A stretch of DNA of 64,000 nucleotides. Source: Pseudomonadota bacterium. GTDB taxonomy: Bacteria; Pseudomonadota; Gammaproteobacteria; Burkholderiales; Thiobacillaceae. Position numbers and translations under genes: made by a program. The stretch spans positions 101,300 through 165,299 of the forward strand of contig JAKADC010000007.1 in NCBI GenBank assembly GCA_021820845.1, read 5' to 3'. The notes below the pieces were generated by a model. The model worked only from the letters and a program-made list of their open reading frames with translations, was not told where the DNA came from and made no database searches. This document shows, in pieces, positions 1 through 11,492 of the stretch (its first letter is position 1; every line of letters starts with the position of its first letter).

Positions 1-3000
1 TTGGCCACAAGCAATGCTGCCTGCACAGCGGGTTCCTGAGGGTTGCGATTTTGTGGATAAAGGAAAATTGGAACCTTGTTGCCGAAGCCAACGCCGGGCA
101 TGAGCGCCGCAATCATCGAACGAACATTCGTGGGGGCGGTGATTTCCTTGAAGCCAAGCACCCATTCGGCTGAGCTGATTTTTCCGACTTCCTCCTGCTT
201 GACCCAAAATTGCGGCACCGGATAGCGGTCCGGCTGCTGTTTGACCGAATCCTGAATCACTGCCTGTTGTGCGGCCCGGTGCAGGTTGTTCGCGTTGATC
301 ACCACGTCGGCGGCGCGGTGGTCGTACATCTGCACCATCTTGCCCTCATACAGCGGCACGGCCATTTCATCGTCCTTTTCCCAGCGGTTCTCCCCCGCCG
401 GCTGCCAGCCCTGCTTCTCCAGCTCGGCCCGGGTGAGGAACAGCCCCGAGTCGTTGGTCATGTGGAACATGGTGACGTATTTCACCGGCCAGGCTTTCTG
501 TTCCTGCTTGCCGGTGCGCTTCACCAGCACCGGGTGGGTGCGATAGATGCGCATGGTCAGTTCGGCATCGCGCGGGGTCCTGAAAATGGGTGCGGCGCCG
601 GTATTGGGGTTGACGAGCTGGAAGTCCTTGCCGGTCAGTTGCAGGGCGCGCTGCGGGTCGGCCAGTTCTTCCACGCCGTGAAGATAGAAGGCGCAGCGGC
701 TTTTCGCGAAGCGGCGCTGCCCGCCGCCGAAGACGAGGGCGCAGAATTTGAAGCGCGAATCGACGTCAGGGAAAAAGCCTTTCCTGTTCTCGAAGTCATA
801 CAGAGCGGCCAGCCGGGCCGCACCATCTTCTTCCGGGGTGGTCAGGGTGCGGAAGAAATCCGACGCGCCTTTGTCCGCCGCAATGCCGGAAGGGGTGAGC
901 AGGCCGACAATGCCGGCAGGCGTGACCAGCGCCTGCGAGCGTTCGACGAACAGGCTGTAGAGGTTGATGTCGCCGCTGGACAGCAGCGGATAGTCGCCGC
1001 ATTCGCGCGCCACCCGCGCCGCCGTTTCCGCCGCCTCGCTTGCCGCGGCATACTCGCGCCAGAGCGGCGTGTCGCGTTCTTTTTCCTTGGCGATGAGCTT
1101 CTTGCGGTCGGCGGCGCGGGCCTGCATCGCGATTTCGGGCTGGCGCTCAGCGAACCATTCCACTTCCTGCAGCTTGATGCGATCCCACGGCGGGTTGCCG
1201 ATCACCGCGTCGAAGCCCCCCGCGTCGTTTTGCCATACGGTGGGGAAGGCCAGTTCCCAGTGCAAAAAACGCTCGCGTGCGGCCCGGGCGAGGGCCCGCT
1301 GCACGACGGCATGGGCTTTGCGCTGGCGTTCGTTGAAGAGCTTGATGCCCGACTTGCCGAGCAGATCGATGGATTCCAGCAGGTTTTCGCCGTATTCCTG
1401 GTTAAGCAGCCCGACCCAGGCTTCGTCGTAGTCTTTCTTCTCGGCCTTGCCCGCCCAGCGCCTGGCGTGCAGGAAATCCAGCGCGCGCCAAAGCGGCCGC
1501 AGGCCGTCGTTGACCTGTTCCATCAGCGCCTTGGAGTGATGGGCTTCGGCGATATCGATGTCGGTCAGATCGCCGATGGCCTGCATGGTCATGCGGGCAG
1601 TATCCACCCGGCGCAGGTCGTCCTGCTGCAACAGGCCGCCCTTGAGCCTGGCGAGCTCTTCGCGGATGTGCCGCACCTGCCCGCCAAACAGCGAATCGCC
1701 ATGCCGCAGGTGATGGTCGAGAAATGACAGCGGCGCGCCGACGGTGAAGGTGTGCAACCAGAGTGCGACCTTGGCGAGTTCGACCGCCATGGCATTTTTG
1801 TCCACGCCGAAGATCACGCGCTTGAGGATCATGCGGCGCACGATGTGACGGTCGTCGAGCTGGCGAGAATCCACCGCCCAGCCGTGTTCCTGGGCGGCTT
1901 TGAGGATGCGGCGGCGGATGTCCGCAATTCGTGCCACCACGGGAGAGACCCAGGGACGGTTCTGTTCGACCAGATGTGCGGCGAACCCGAGGGAGTTGAC
2001 CGACTCGGCCGCTTCTTGCGCGGTTTCCAGCACGCGGTCGGCCAGCCAGTCCACCAGCGCGACCAGGAAATGCCCGCTGCCCATGGCGGGATCGCAAATC
2101 TTCAAGGTGAGGAACCGGCTGGCAGGATCGCTGTTGTCGAGCGCGTCCCACTCGGGGGGGTTGAGGCTGGATTTTTTGTGGAGGCGTTTCAGCAGGCCGT
2201 CAAAAGCCTGTTTCCGCTCGACGACCAGGCGCCCCACGGCCTCGTCAAGGATTAGTCTAACGAGTGCATCGTGCGTGTAGTAGCTGCCGGAGCCTTTGCG
2301 GGCGAATCCGGCCTTGTTCACGGTCAGCTTGCCGTTTTCTTCTTCAAGGCGGTATTCGAGTAGACGCTCGTAGATGCCGCCCAGGTGGGCGACGGACAGA
2401 TCGCGGTAGTTGATGCGCGGCTTGAGGATGTCCTCGACGCGGCGCGAGAGCGCATCGATGACCGGCGCAAGTTGCGCATCGGCAACCCGGGCGCGTGCCA
2501 GCAAGGGTGAACGGGCGTTCTCGAACAGGCCGCCATTGTATGCAGGCATGCCAACGGCGTCGTCGCCGTCCGAAATGAGCCGAAAGAGATCGGACAGGAT
2601 GTCCCAGTAGCGGGTGGATCGGCTGGAGAACGTCTTGCCGTCGTCGCGGGCCTCGGCAACGGCGTCGCGAAGAGCGGACAGGCTGTAAGGCGTGTAACGC
2701 GCATCCATGACGGGCAGGAGCCGCCGGTCTTCGGCATAGAACAGGAACAACAGCCGGTAGAGCAGAACGAGTGCCGCTTCACGCAACGCTTCCAGATAAT
2801 CGTCGGTGTAGGCGCCTTGTGCCGTTTTGCGCGCATCAGGGTCGCCGGCTGCCAGTGCCACGCACAGGCTGGGAAACACCTCGGCGAAGACGCGGTTGCC
2901 CAACTGGTCGGAAACGGTTTCCTCATACAGCCGGGCTTCAGACAGCGCAATGGCGTGGAAGGTGCGGCGCTGGCTGTCCCAGGCCTGCGGATTGAAGGCG

Positions 3001-3680
3001 TCGCGCCCGAATAACAGCCAGAAGAGCTTAATGCCGTGGCGCGTCTCGAAGCCGTCGAGTTCGGGCTGAACGCCGGGTAGGCCGAGCAGGCCGCCGAGGT
3101 CGATTTCGAAGAAATCCTCGGCGCGGGAACGGGCGTCCTGCCAATAAAGCCGCCAGATCGAGCCATTGGTGAGGATGCCCCATTTCACCGCCCGGTCGCT
3201 CATGACGTCGGCACGTGAAAGATAACGCAGCATCTGCGAGGACGGTGCGCCAAAGTCGCGGCGCTTGCGGTTGCCGCTGGCATTTTCGTCGCCGCGGTCG
3301 AGGGGGCGCAGCCAGCGTTTGGCTTCGAGCAGCGCAACACCGTATCGGGTGCGTTGGTCGTCGCTCTTTTCCGCCATCGCTCGATCCTTTGCGGTGGGCT
3401 CGCCGAAAAGAAGAAAATCCGGAACGTCTTCGCGGCCGGATTGCGACAGATTGATTTGTGACGTCCAGGCGTTTTCCCAGCCGAGGAGGTCGATCACCGG
3501 CTCGATCAACTCGTCTTCGGTCTGGCCTTCGTTCAGAGAGGATTCAGCCGAGTAGGGGGCGTAATGTGCCTTGAGCTGGGCAATGAATGCATCCAGCTCC
3601 GCGTCCGAAATGACCTTCCATGCGTCGGTATCCCGGATGCCTCGTAGCAGGAAATCGGTGGAAAAGAGCTGGCCTTGCAT
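1..3680 (-). CDS. Type IIG/Eco57I-like fused restriction endonuclease-N6-adenine methyltransferase (3'-truncated by window edge, >=1226 aa)
   Basis: Manual translation from ATG at 3680 ([14 protein letters not shown]...). PD...EAK nuclease motif (VPDF ~3422, LEAKR ~3326), MTase motif [11 protein letters not shown] (~2093) and motif IV GNPPW (~1196) were all checked to be in the same frame, which continues to base 1. Missing from the ORF track, presumably because its stop lies outside the window. Confidence 0.88.
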   Translation of the reverse strand, partial: MQGQLFSTDFLLRGIRDTDAWKVISDAELDAFIAQLKAHYAPYSAESSLNEGQTEDELIEPVIDLLGWENAWTSQINLSQSGREDVPDFLLFGEPTAKDRAMAEKSDDQRTRYGVALLEAKRWLRPLDRGDENASGNRKRRDFGAPSSQMLRYLSRADVMSDRAVKWGILTNGSIWRLYWQDARSRAEDFFEIDLGGLLGLPGVQPELDGFETRHGIKLFWLLFGRDAFNPQAWDSQRRTFHAIALSEARLYEETVSDQLGNRVFAEVFPSLCVALAAGDPDARKTAQGAYTDDYLEALREAALVLLYRLLFLFYAEDRRLLPVMDARYTPYSLSALRDAVAEARDDGKTFSSRSTRYWDILSDLFRLISDGDDAVGMPAYNGGLFENARSPLLARARVADAQLAPVIDALSRRVEDILKPRINYRDLSVAHLGGIYERLLEYRLEEENGKLTVNKAGFARKGSGSYYTHDALVRLILDEAVGRLVVERKQAFDGLLKRLHKKSSLNPPEWDALDNSDPASRFLTLKICDPAMGSGHFLVALVDWLADRVLETAQEAAESVNSLGFAAHLVEQNRPWVSPVVARIADIRRRILKAAQEHGWAVDSRQLDDRHIVRRMILKRVIFGVDKNAMAVELAKVALWLHTFTVGAPLSFLDHHLRHGDSLFGGQVRHIREELARLKGGLLQQDDLRRVDTARMTMQAIGDLTDIDIAEAHHSKALMEQVNDGLRPLWRALDFLHARRWAGKAEKKDYDEAWVGLLNQEYGENLLESIDLLGKSGIKLFNERQRKAHAVVQRALARAARERFLHWELAFPTVWQNDAGGFDAVIGNPPWDRIKLQEVEWFAERQPEIAMQARAADRKKLIAKEKERDTPLWREYAAASEAAETAARVARECGDYPLLSSGDINLYSLFVERSQALVTPAGIVGLLTPSGIAADKGASDFFRTLTTPEEDGAARLAALYDFENRKGFFPDVDSRFKFCALVFGGGQRRFAKSRCAFYLHGVEELADPQRALQLTGKDFQLVNPNTGAAPIFRTPRDAELTMRIYRTHPVLVKRTGKQEQKAWPVKYVTMFHMTNDSGLFLTRAELEKQGWQPAGENRWEKDDEMAVPLYEGKMVQMYDHRAADVVINANNLHRAAQQAVIQDSVKQQPDRYPVPQFWVKQEEVGKISSAEWVLGFKEITAPTNVRSMIAALMPGVGFGNKVPIFLYPQNRNPQEPAVQAALLVA

Positions 3681-3682
3681 GG

Positions 3683-4462
3683 CTACGGAGTGTAGTCGTA
3701 ATCCACGATCAACGGCGCGTGGTCCGAGAAGCGCTGGTCCTTGTAGACGAAGGCGGACCTGGCCTGCGCCGCGATGCCGGGCGTCGCGATCTGGTAGTCG
3801 ATGCGCCAGCCGACGTTCCTGGCCCAGGCCTGGCCGCGGTTGCTCCACCAGGTGTAGGCCTCGCCGGCGTGGTCCGGGTAGAGGTTGCGGTAGACGTCGA
3901 CCCAGCCGAGCTCGTCGAACAGCCGCGTCATCCACGCGCGTTCCTCGGGGAGGAAGCCCGAATTCTTCTGGTTGGATTTCCAGTTCTTGAGGTCGATTTC
4001 CCTGTGGGCGATGTTCCAGTCGCCGCAGATGACGATTTCGCGCCCGCACTTCACGAGCTTTTCGAGATGCGGAAAGAACGCGTCGAGGAAGCGGAACTTG
4101 GCCTGCTGGCGCTCCTCGCTGCTGGAGCCGGATGGCTGGTAGAGCGAGATGACGGCGAGATCTCCGTAGTCGGCCTCGATGTAGCGCCCCTCGGCGTCGA
4201 ACTCGGGGACGCCGAGGCCTTCGACGATGCGCTGCGGCGGCTTTCGCGTGTAGACGCCGACGCCGCTGTAGCCCTTCTTCTCGGCGTAGTGGAAGGCGCC
4301 GGTCAGACCGTCGCAGGCCGTGAATTCCGGCTTGAGGTCGGCGGCCTGGGCCTTGAGTTCCTGCACGCAGACCACGTCGGCGCCCTGCGCGGGCAGCCAC
4401 TCGAAGAAGCCCTTGGTGGCGGCGGAACGGATGCCGTTGAGGTTGGCCGATATAATTCGCAT
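3683..4462 (-). CDS. xth: Exodeoxyribonuclease III / AP endonuclease
   Basis: [34 protein letters not shown] and FSDHAP EEP-family motifs; divergent from pyrE. Confidence 0.92.
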   Translation of the reverse strand: MRIISANLNGIRSAATKGFFEWLPAQGADVVCVQELKAQAADLKPEFTACDGLTGAFHYAEKKGYSGVGVYTRKPPQRIVEGLGVPEFDAEGRYIEADYGDLAVISLYQPSGSSSEERQQAKFRFLDAFFPHLEKLVKCGREIVICGDWNIAHREIDLKNWKSNQKNSGFLPEERAWMTRLFDELGWVDVYRNLYPDHAGEAYTWWSNRGQAWARNVGWRIDYQIATPGIAAQARSAFVYKDQRFSDHAPLIVDYDYTP

Positions 4463-4489
4463 CAAGATCGATTCAAGAAATTTGCGGAA

Positions 4490-5128
4490 ATGTCCGATTA
4501 CAAAGCCGAGTTTGTGGAGTTCGCCATCGCTTCGAACGTGTTGTGCTTCGGCGAGTTCAAGACCAAGGCGGGGCGCATGAGCCCCTATTTTTTCAACGCA
4601 GGGCTGTTCAACGACGGCGACCGGCTGAAACGGCTGGGGGAATTTTACGCGAAAGCCATCGTCGACTCGGGGATCGCGTTCGACGTGCTGTTCGGTCCGG
4701 CCTACAAGGGCATTCCGCTGGCGGCGAGCATCGCGATCGCGCTGGCGGGCATGGGCAGGAACGTGCCGTACGCCTACAACCGCAAGGAAGCCAAGGACCA
4801 CGGCGAGGGCGGCACGGTGGTCGGCGCGGCGCTCGAGGGCCGCGTGCTGATCGTCGACGACGTGATCTCCGCGGGCACCTCGGTGCGCGAGTCGGTGAAC
4901 CTGATCCGGAGCGCGGGCGCCGAGCCGGCCGGCGTGGTGATCGCGCTGGACCGCATGGAACGCGGCACCGGCGAGAAGTCGGCGGTGCAGGAAGTGCGGG
5001 AACAATTTGGCATCCCGGTGGTGGCGGTGGTCACGCTGGACAATCTGGTGGAATTTCTGAAACGCGATGCGAACCGACAAACCGAATTGCAGGCCGTGGC
5101 CGCTTACCGTTCGACGTACGGCGTCTAG
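4490..5128 (+). CDS. pyrE: Orotate phosphoribosyltransferase
   Basis: [34 protein letters not shown]-binding [13 protein letters not shown]. Confidence 0.97.
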   Translation: MSDYKAEFVEFAIASNVLCFGEFKTKAGRMSPYFFNAGLFNDGDRLKRLGEFYAKAIVDSGIAFDVLFGPAYKGIPLAASIAIALAGMGRNVPYAYNRKEAKDHGEGGTVVGAALEGRVLIVDDVISAGTSVRESVNLIRSAGAEPAGVVIALDRMERGTGEKSAVQEVREQFGIPVVAVVTLDNLVEFLKRDANRQTELQAVAAYRSTYGV

Positions 5129-5711
5129 CCTGCTGGCCGCCGCGCTGCTGCTCGCGGCGGGCGCGAGCCAGGCGCAGTTGTATCGCTGGGTCGACGGCAG
5201 CGGCCGCGTGCATTACGGCGACACCCCGCCGACGACGTATCAGAAGAGCGGCGGCGCCGAGATGAACAAGCAGGGGCTGGTGATCAAGCGCACGCAGTCC
5301 GAGGCGGAGCGCAAGGCCGAGGCCGAGCGCCTGGCCGAGCAGCAGCGGGTGCTGGCGGAGCAGCAGCGGCAGGCGCAACTCGATCGCGCGCTGACCCAGA
5401 CCTATACCTCGGAAGCGGAAATCGACCTCGCGCGCGATCGCGCGCTGGAGAACTACAAGCTGATGAACCTCGGCGCCGAAACGCGGGCGCGCGCGGTCGA
5501 CGCGAATCTGGCCGACCTGCGCAACCGGATCGCCGCGCTGCGCAAGGCGGGCCGCGCGCCCGGGCAAAACCTGCAGGACCAGCTGGATCAGGCGGTGCGC
5601 GAAAGCGGCGAGCTGAAGCGGACCCTGCAGAACAACCAGGCCGCGATGGACGAGGTGCGGCAGAAGTATGCTGCCGACAAGCTTCGCTTTCGCGAACTGA
5701 CCGGCAAGTAA
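5067..5711 (+). CDS. DUF4124-domain exported protein with coiled-coil C-terminus
   Basis: Signal-like [15 protein letters not shown] followed by [18 protein letters not shown] (DUF4124 signature). The only in-frame ATG overlaps the pyrE end by 62 nt. Confidence 0.8.
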   Translation: MRTDKPNCRPWPLTVRRTASSLLAAALLLAAGASQAQLYRWVDGSGRVHYGDTPPTTYQKSGGAEMNKQGLVIKRTQSEAERKAEAERLAEQQRVLAEQQRQAQLDRALTQTYTSEAEIDLARDRALENYKLMNLGAETRARAVDANLADLRNRIAALRKAGRAPGQNLQDQLDQAVRESGELKRTLQNNQAAMDEVRQKYAADKLRFRELTGK

Positions 5712-5735
5712 GCGGCGGCGCGCCGGGTCGGCGAC

Positions 5736-5766
5736 TGCGCCGGCCGGAGACACCCGGTCCGGCGCA
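5736..5766. terminator. GC-rich hairpin between convergent DUF4124 gene and gatB
   Basis: tgcgccgg-ccgg-agacac-ccgg-t-ccggcgca; no clear U-tract. Confidence 0.4.
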
Positions 5767-5777
5767 CCATACTCACG

Positions 5778-7223
5778 TTATTGCAGCCTGGCTTTCAGCA
5801 GCTCGTTGACCTGCGCCGGGTTGGCCTTGCCGCGGCTGGCCTTCATCACCTGGCCGACCAGCGCGTTGAAGGCCTTCTCCTTGCCGGCGCGGAACTCCTC
5901 GACCGACTTCGCGTTGGCGGCGAGCACTTCGTCGACGATCTTCTCCAGTTCGCCGGAATCGGACATCTGCTTCAGGCCGCGCGCCTCGATGATGGCGTCG
6001 ACTTCGCCGGCGCCTTCCCACAGCCCTTCGAACACCTGCTTGGCGAGCTTGCCCGAGAGCGTGCCGTCCTGGATGCGGGCAATCAGGGCGCCCAGTTGCG
6101 CGGCCGACACCGGGCTTCGCGCGATGTCGAGCTCGGCCTTGTTGAGCGCGGCGGATAACTCGCCCATCACCCAGTTGGCGGCGAGCTTGCCCTGGCCGCA
6201 CGCCTTCGCGGCGGCCTCGAAGTAATCGGCGAGCGCGCGCGACCCGGTCAACACGGCTGCGTCATAGGCCGACACGCCGTAATCGTTCTGGAAGCGCGCC
6301 TGCATCGCGGCGGGCAGTTCGGGCAGCGTCGATTTCACCCGCTCGATCCAGGCGTCGTCGAGCCTCACCGGCAGCAGGTCGGGATCGGGGAAGTAGCGGT
6401 AGTCGTGCGCCTCTTCCTTGCTGCGCATCATGCGCGTCTCGCCGCTGTCGGGATCGAACAGCACGGTGGCCTGCTCGATGCGGCCGCCGTCCTCGAGCGT
6501 CTCGATCTGCCAGCGGACTTCATAGTCGATCGCCTGCTGCAGGAAGCGGAACGAGTTGAGGTTCTTGATCTCGCGGCGGGTGCCGAATTCGGCCTGGCCC
6601 AGCGGGCGCACCGAAACGTTGGCGTCGACGCGGAAGCTGCCTTCCTGCATGTTGCCGTCGCAGATGCCGATCCAGGTCACCAGGCTATGCAGCGCACGGG
6701 CGTAGGCGACGGCCTCGGCGCTCGAACGCATCTCCGGCTCCGAGACGATCTCGAGGAGCGGCGTGCCGGCGCGGTTGAGGTCGATTCCGGTCATGCCGTG
6801 GAAGTCCTCGTGCAGCGACTTGCCGGCGTCCTCCTCCATGTGGGCGCGGGTGAGATGGATGACTCTTTCTTCCGACTGTCCTGAGCCTGTCGAAGGGACG
6901 ATGATGGTCAGCGTGCCGCCCTCGACGATGGGCTTCGCGAGCTGGCTGATCTGGTAGCCCTTCGGAAGGTCCGGGTAGAAATAGTTCTTGCGGTCGAACA
7001 CGTTGACGCGATTGAGCGTCGCGCCGATGGCGAGGCCGAACTTGATCGCGCACTCGACCGCGCCGCGGTTCAGCACCGGCAGCACGCCCGGCAGCGCGAT
7101 GTCGACGGCGGAGGCCTGCGTGTTGGGCGCGGCGCCGAAGGCGGTGCTGCTGCCGGAAAAGATCTTGGATCGGGTGGCGAGCTGGGTATGGACCTCCAGC
7201 CCGATGACGGTCTCCCATTTCAT
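5778..7223 (-). CDS. gatB: Asp-tRNA(Asn)/Glu-tRNA(Gln) amidotransferase subunit B
   Basis: [51 protein letters not shown]. Confidence 0.97.
   Translation of the reverse strand: MKWETVIGLEVHTQLATRSKIFSGSSTAFGAAPNTQASAVDIALPGVLPVLNRGAVECAIKFGLAIGATLNRVNVFDRKNYFYPDLPKGYQISQLAKPIVEGGTLTIIVPSTGSGQSEERVIHLTRAHMEEDAGKSLHEDFHGMTGIDLNRAGTPLLEIVSEPEMRSSAEAVAYARALHSLVTWIGICDGNMQEGSFRVDANVSVRPLGQAEFGTRREIKNLNSFRFLQQAIDYEVRWQIETLEDGGRIEQATVLFDPDSGETRMMRSKEEAHDYRYFPDPDLLPVRLDDAWIERVKSTLPELPAAMQARFQNDYGVSAYDAAVLTGSRALADYFEAAAKACGQGKLAANWVMGELSAALNKAELDIARSPVSAAQLGALIARIQDGTLSGKLAKQVFEGLWEGAGEVDAIIEARGLKQMSDSGELEKIVDEVLAANAKSVEEFRAGKEKAFNALVGQVMKASRGKANPAQVNELLKARLQ
6877..6897. repeat. REP-like short element TGTCCTGAGCCTGTCGAAGGG inserted in frame in gatB (encodes PSTGSGQ)
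   Basis: The 21-mer is read directly. From memory it resembles a widespread CCTGAGCxTGTCGAAGG dispersed-repeat family. Only one copy was seen in this window. Confidence 0.55.
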
Positions 7224-8683
7224 CGCAAACCCTCCGGCGCGCGCGCATGCCAGTCGGTGACGCGCTGGTACTGATGGGCGACGTTGAGCATTTTCGCCTC
7301 GGAAAAATAGTCGCCGACGAGCTGCAGGCCGATCGGCAGGCCCTTCGAATCGAATCCGCAGGGCAGGCTCATGCCGGGCAGGCCGGCCAGGTTGGCGGGG
7401 ATCGTGTAGAGGTCGTTGAGGTACATCTCGACCGGATCGTCGGACTTCTCGCCGAGCGTGAACGCGGTGCCCGGCGCGGTCGGGCCGAGGATGACGTCGC
7501 AGGCCTTGAACGCCGCGGCGAAGTCGTCGGCGATCAGCCGGCGGATCTTTTGAGCCTGGAGATAGTAGGCGTCGTAGTAGCCGTGGCTCAGGACGTAGGC
7601 GCCGATCAGGATGCGGCGCTTGACCTCGGCGCCGAAGCCCTGCGCCCGCGTCTTCGAATACATGTCGTTGAGGTCCGCATACTCGGGCGCACGGTAGCCG
7701 TAGCGCACGCCGTCGAAGCGCGACAGGTTCGACGACGCCTCGGCGGGCGCCAGCACGTAATAGACCGGGATCGCGAGTTGCGAGTTGGCGAGCGAGATCT
7801 CGACGGTCGTCGCGCCAAGCTTCTTCAGCTCGGCGACCGCGGCCTCGACCGCGGCGGCGACGTCGCTGTTGAGCCCCTCGGCGAAGAATTCCTTCGGCAG
7901 GCCGATGCGCAGGCCCGCGAGCGGCCGGTCCAGGTCGCGCGTGTAGTCTTCCTTGTCGCGTTCCAGGCTGGTCGAATCGTTGGGGTCGAAGCCGGTCATC
8001 ACGTTCAGGAGCAGCGCGCAGTCCTCGGCCGAGGGCGCCATGGGTCCTGCCTGGTCGAGGCTGGAGGCGAACGCGATCATGCCGTAGCGCGACACCAGGC
8101 CGTAGGTCGGCTTGAGTCCCGTGATGCCGCACAGCGCGGCCGGCTGGCGGATCGAGCCGCCGGTGTCGGTGCCGGTCGCGGCGGGCGCCATGCGCGCGGC
8201 GACGCAGGCCGCGGCGCCGCCCGACGAGCCGCCGGGCACGCGAGCCGTGTCCCAGGGATTCTTCACCGCGCCGAAATGGCTCGTCTCGTTGGACGAGCCC
8301 ATGGCGAATTCGTCCATGTTGGTCTTGCCCAGGCTCGGCATGCCGGCCGCCTTGAAGCGCTGGATCACGTGCGCGTCGTAGGGCGCGACGAAGTTGGACA
8401 GCATTTTCGAACCGCAGGTGGTGAGCCAGCCGTCGGTGCAGAAGATGTCCTTGTGGGCGACCGGGACGCCCGTGAGCGGACCGCCCCGGCCGGCGGCGAT
8501 CAGCGCGTCGGCGGCGGCGGCTTCGGCCAGCGTCTTCTCGGCGTCCACGGTGATGAAGGCGTTGATCGCGGGGTTGAGCGCGGCGATGCGGTCGAGATAC
8601 TGCCGGGCGAGCTCGCGGCTGGAAATCTGCCCGGCCGCGAGCTGCGCGGCGAGCGCGGAAAGGGAGGTCTGAAGCATGGTCAT
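7220..8683 (-). CDS. gatA: Glu-tRNA(Gln) amidotransferase subunit A
   Basis: Amidase signature [35 protein letters not shown]. Confidence 0.97.
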   Translation of the reverse strand: MTMLQTSLSALAAQLAAGQISSRELARQYLDRIAALNPAINAFITVDAEKTLAEAAAADALIAAGRGGPLTGVPVAHKDIFCTDGWLTTCGSKMLSNFVAPYDAHVIQRFKAAGMPSLGKTNMDEFAMGSSNETSHFGAVKNPWDTARVPGGSSGGAAACVAARMAPAATGTDTGGSIRQPAALCGITGLKPTYGLVSRYGMIAFASSLDQAGPMAPSAEDCALLLNVMTGFDPNDSTSLERDKEDYTRDLDRPLAGLRIGLPKEFFAEGLNSDVAAAVEAAVAELKKLGATTVEISLANSQLAIPVYYVLAPAEASSNLSRFDGVRYGYRAPEYADLNDMYSKTRAQGFGAEVKRRILIGAYVLSHGYYDAYYLQAQKIRRLIADDFAAAFKACDVILGPTAPGTAFTLGEKSDDPVEMYLNDLYTIPANLAGLPGMSLPCGFDSKGLPIGLQLVGDYFSEAKMLNVAHQYQRVTDWHARAPEGLR

Positions 8684-8967
8684 TCGATGACTTTAGGCAC
8701 GAGATACAGGCCGTTCTCGACCGCCGGCGCAATCGCCTGGAAGGCGGCGTGGCGGTCCGTCTCGGTCACGGCATCGTCGCGCAGGCGTTGCGTCACGTCC
8801 TGCGCGTGCGCCATCGGCGCGACGCCGTCGGTGTTCACCGACTGCATGGCGGCGATGAGATCGAATATGGTGTTGAGCCGGGCCTGCGTGGCCAGCGCCT
8901 CGGCATCGCTGGTTTCGATGCGCGCGAGGCGGGCGATGCGCTTGACGTCGTCCGGGGTGAGGGACAT
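8680..8967 (-). CDS. gatC: Amidotransferase subunit C
   Basis: [17 protein letters not shown]...LYLVPKVIE; gatCAB order. Confidence 0.95.
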   Translation of the reverse strand: MSLTPDDVKRIARLARIETSDAEALATQARLNTIFDLIAAMQSVNTDGVAPMAHAQDVTQRLRDDAVTETDRHAAFQAIAPAVENGLYLVPKVIE

Positions 8968-9019
8968 GGTGGGGGAGGCCTGAAGACTTACGGGAACGAA
9001 ACGCGTTAGGGTATCATAG

Positions 9020-10114
<1,095 letters not shown>

Positions 10115-10142
10115 GCGCGTCCGCCGTCGACGGGGTCTGCTG

Positions 10143-10988
10143 ATGGCGATGCCGGGTCAGCTCATGTTCGCCCGCCGGCTCGGGCCGACGGCGCGCCTCG
10201 CGATCTGGCTCCTGGCGGGACTGGCCTGCGTGGTCATCGACAGCCGCTATCACGCGCTCGACGGCTTGCGCAGCGGGTTTTCCGTGCTGCTGCAGCCGGT
10301 GCGCGACGTCATGCGCGTGCCGGCCGACGTCGCCGCCGAACTCGCAGGCTTCTTCACCCGCCACCGTCTTCTGCAAAACGAACGCGATGCCCTTCTGCTT
10401 GAGCGGGCGCAACTCCTCGTCGGCGTGAACGATGCGAAGGAACTGGCGCGCGAAAATGCGGAACTGCGCGCGCTGCTGCGGCTGCGCGACCGCCCGGGCC
10501 AGGAGGTGGTGCACGCCGCGCTGCTGTACAAGGGACACGACTGGTTCGCCCAGCGCCTCACCCTGGACCAGGGCGCGAGCGGCGGCCTGCGCACCGGCAT
10601 GCCGGTGATCGATGCCGCCGGCCTCGTGGGGCAGGTGACCCGCGTGTATCCGGGGTCGAGCGAGGTCACGCTGGTGAGCAGCCCGGATCAGCTGACGCCG
10701 GTGCTCGTCGAGCGCACCGGCCAGCGCGGGCTCGCCGCCGGCACCGGGCGCGGACAGATGGAGCTGCGCTACATGCCCGCGCAGACTGATCTCAGGCCCG
10801 GCGACCGCCTGCTCACTTCGGGCATCGACGGCGTCTACCCCGCCGGCATCCCGGTGGCCGCCGTGAACCGCGTATCCCGCTCGCAATCGAGTCCCTACCT
10901 GCGCGTCGAGTGCATGCCGCTCGCCGGAATCGACCGCGCGCGCGGCGTGCTGGTGCTGATCGCGAAACCGCAGGCGAAGACCCGATGA
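10143..10988 (+). CDS. mreC: Rod shape-determining protein MreC
   Basis: N-terminal TM, coiled coil ENAELRALL, LVGQV, GDRLLTSGIDGVYPAGIPV; follows mreB. Confidence 0.93.
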   Translation: MAMPGQLMFARRLGPTARLAIWLLAGLACVVIDSRYHALDGLRSGFSVLLQPVRDVMRVPADVAAELAGFFTRHRLLQNERDALLLERAQLLVGVNDAKELARENAELRALLRLRDRPGQEVVHAALLYKGHDWFAQRLTLDQGASGGLRTGMPVIDAAGLVGQVTRVYPGSSEVTLVSSPDQLTPVLVERTGQRGLAAGTGRGQMELRYMPAQTDLRPGDRLLTSGIDGVYPAGIPVAAVNRVSRSQSSPYLRVECMPLAGIDRARGVLVLIAKPQAKTR

Positions 10989-11485
10989 ACGTATCCTCCC
11001 ACGCTTCCGGAAACTGGCGCCGCATCCTCGGCACGCTGACGCTCGCGGTGCTGCTGGAGCAGCTGCCGTGGTCCGGCTGGGCGCTCGTCGCGCGGCCGGA
11101 TTTCGTGCTCGTCGCCGTCCTGTTCTGGGCGCTGCATCAGCCCGCCCGCGTCGGCTTCGGCGTGGCGTTCTTCCTGGGCCTGCTCGCCGATTTCCAGGAT
11201 GGCGTGGTGTTCGGCCAGCATGCCATCGCCTATGTGGTCGGTGTCTATCTGGTGCTGTATCTGCGCCTGCGGCTGCTGCAGTTCGATCCGCACCGCCAGG
11301 CCGCCCAGATGTTCCCGATCTTTCTCGGCGCGCAGGCGGCGGTGCTGCTGGTCGGCTGGCTGGCGGTCAATCCGCCCACCGGGCTGAGCATCCTGGTGCC
11401 GGCGCTGGGAAGCACCCTGCTGTGGTACCTGATCGCCCTGTTCATGTGCCTGTGGCATGGCAAGGGTGCGCAGGACCGGGCGTGA
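10985..11485 (+). CDS. mreD: Rod shape-determining protein MreD
   Basis: Hydrophobic, RPDF/GLLADF motifs, ATGA overlap with mreC. Confidence 0.9.
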   Translation: MNVSSHASGNWRRILGTLTLAVLLEQLPWSGWALVARPDFVLVAVLFWALHQPARVGFGVAFFLGLLADFQDGVVFGQHAIAYVVGVYLVLYLRLRLLQFDPHRQAAQMFPIFLGAQAAVLLVGWLAVNPPTGLSILVPALGSTLLWYLIALFMCLWHGKGAQDRA

Positions 11486-11492
11486 GCAGGAC

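Noticed and set aside
210-1727. 505-aa plus-strand ORF (and 1752..2255)
   Set aside because: Antisense shadow of the RM gene, with no motifs. Long shadow ORFs are expected at this GC content.
5778-8732. 984-aa ORF suggesting a GatA-GatB fusion
   Set aside because: The N-terminal part is an off-frame overlap of gatA; real GatB starts at 7223 with a normal 4-nt overlap
7247-8983. Many long antisense/alternate-frame ORFs (e.g. 7247..8983, 11499..13280, 33535..35256, 47970..50450, 60802..63342)
   Set aside because: Each lies opposite a well-supported conserved gene and shows Arg/Ala/Gly-rich shadow composition
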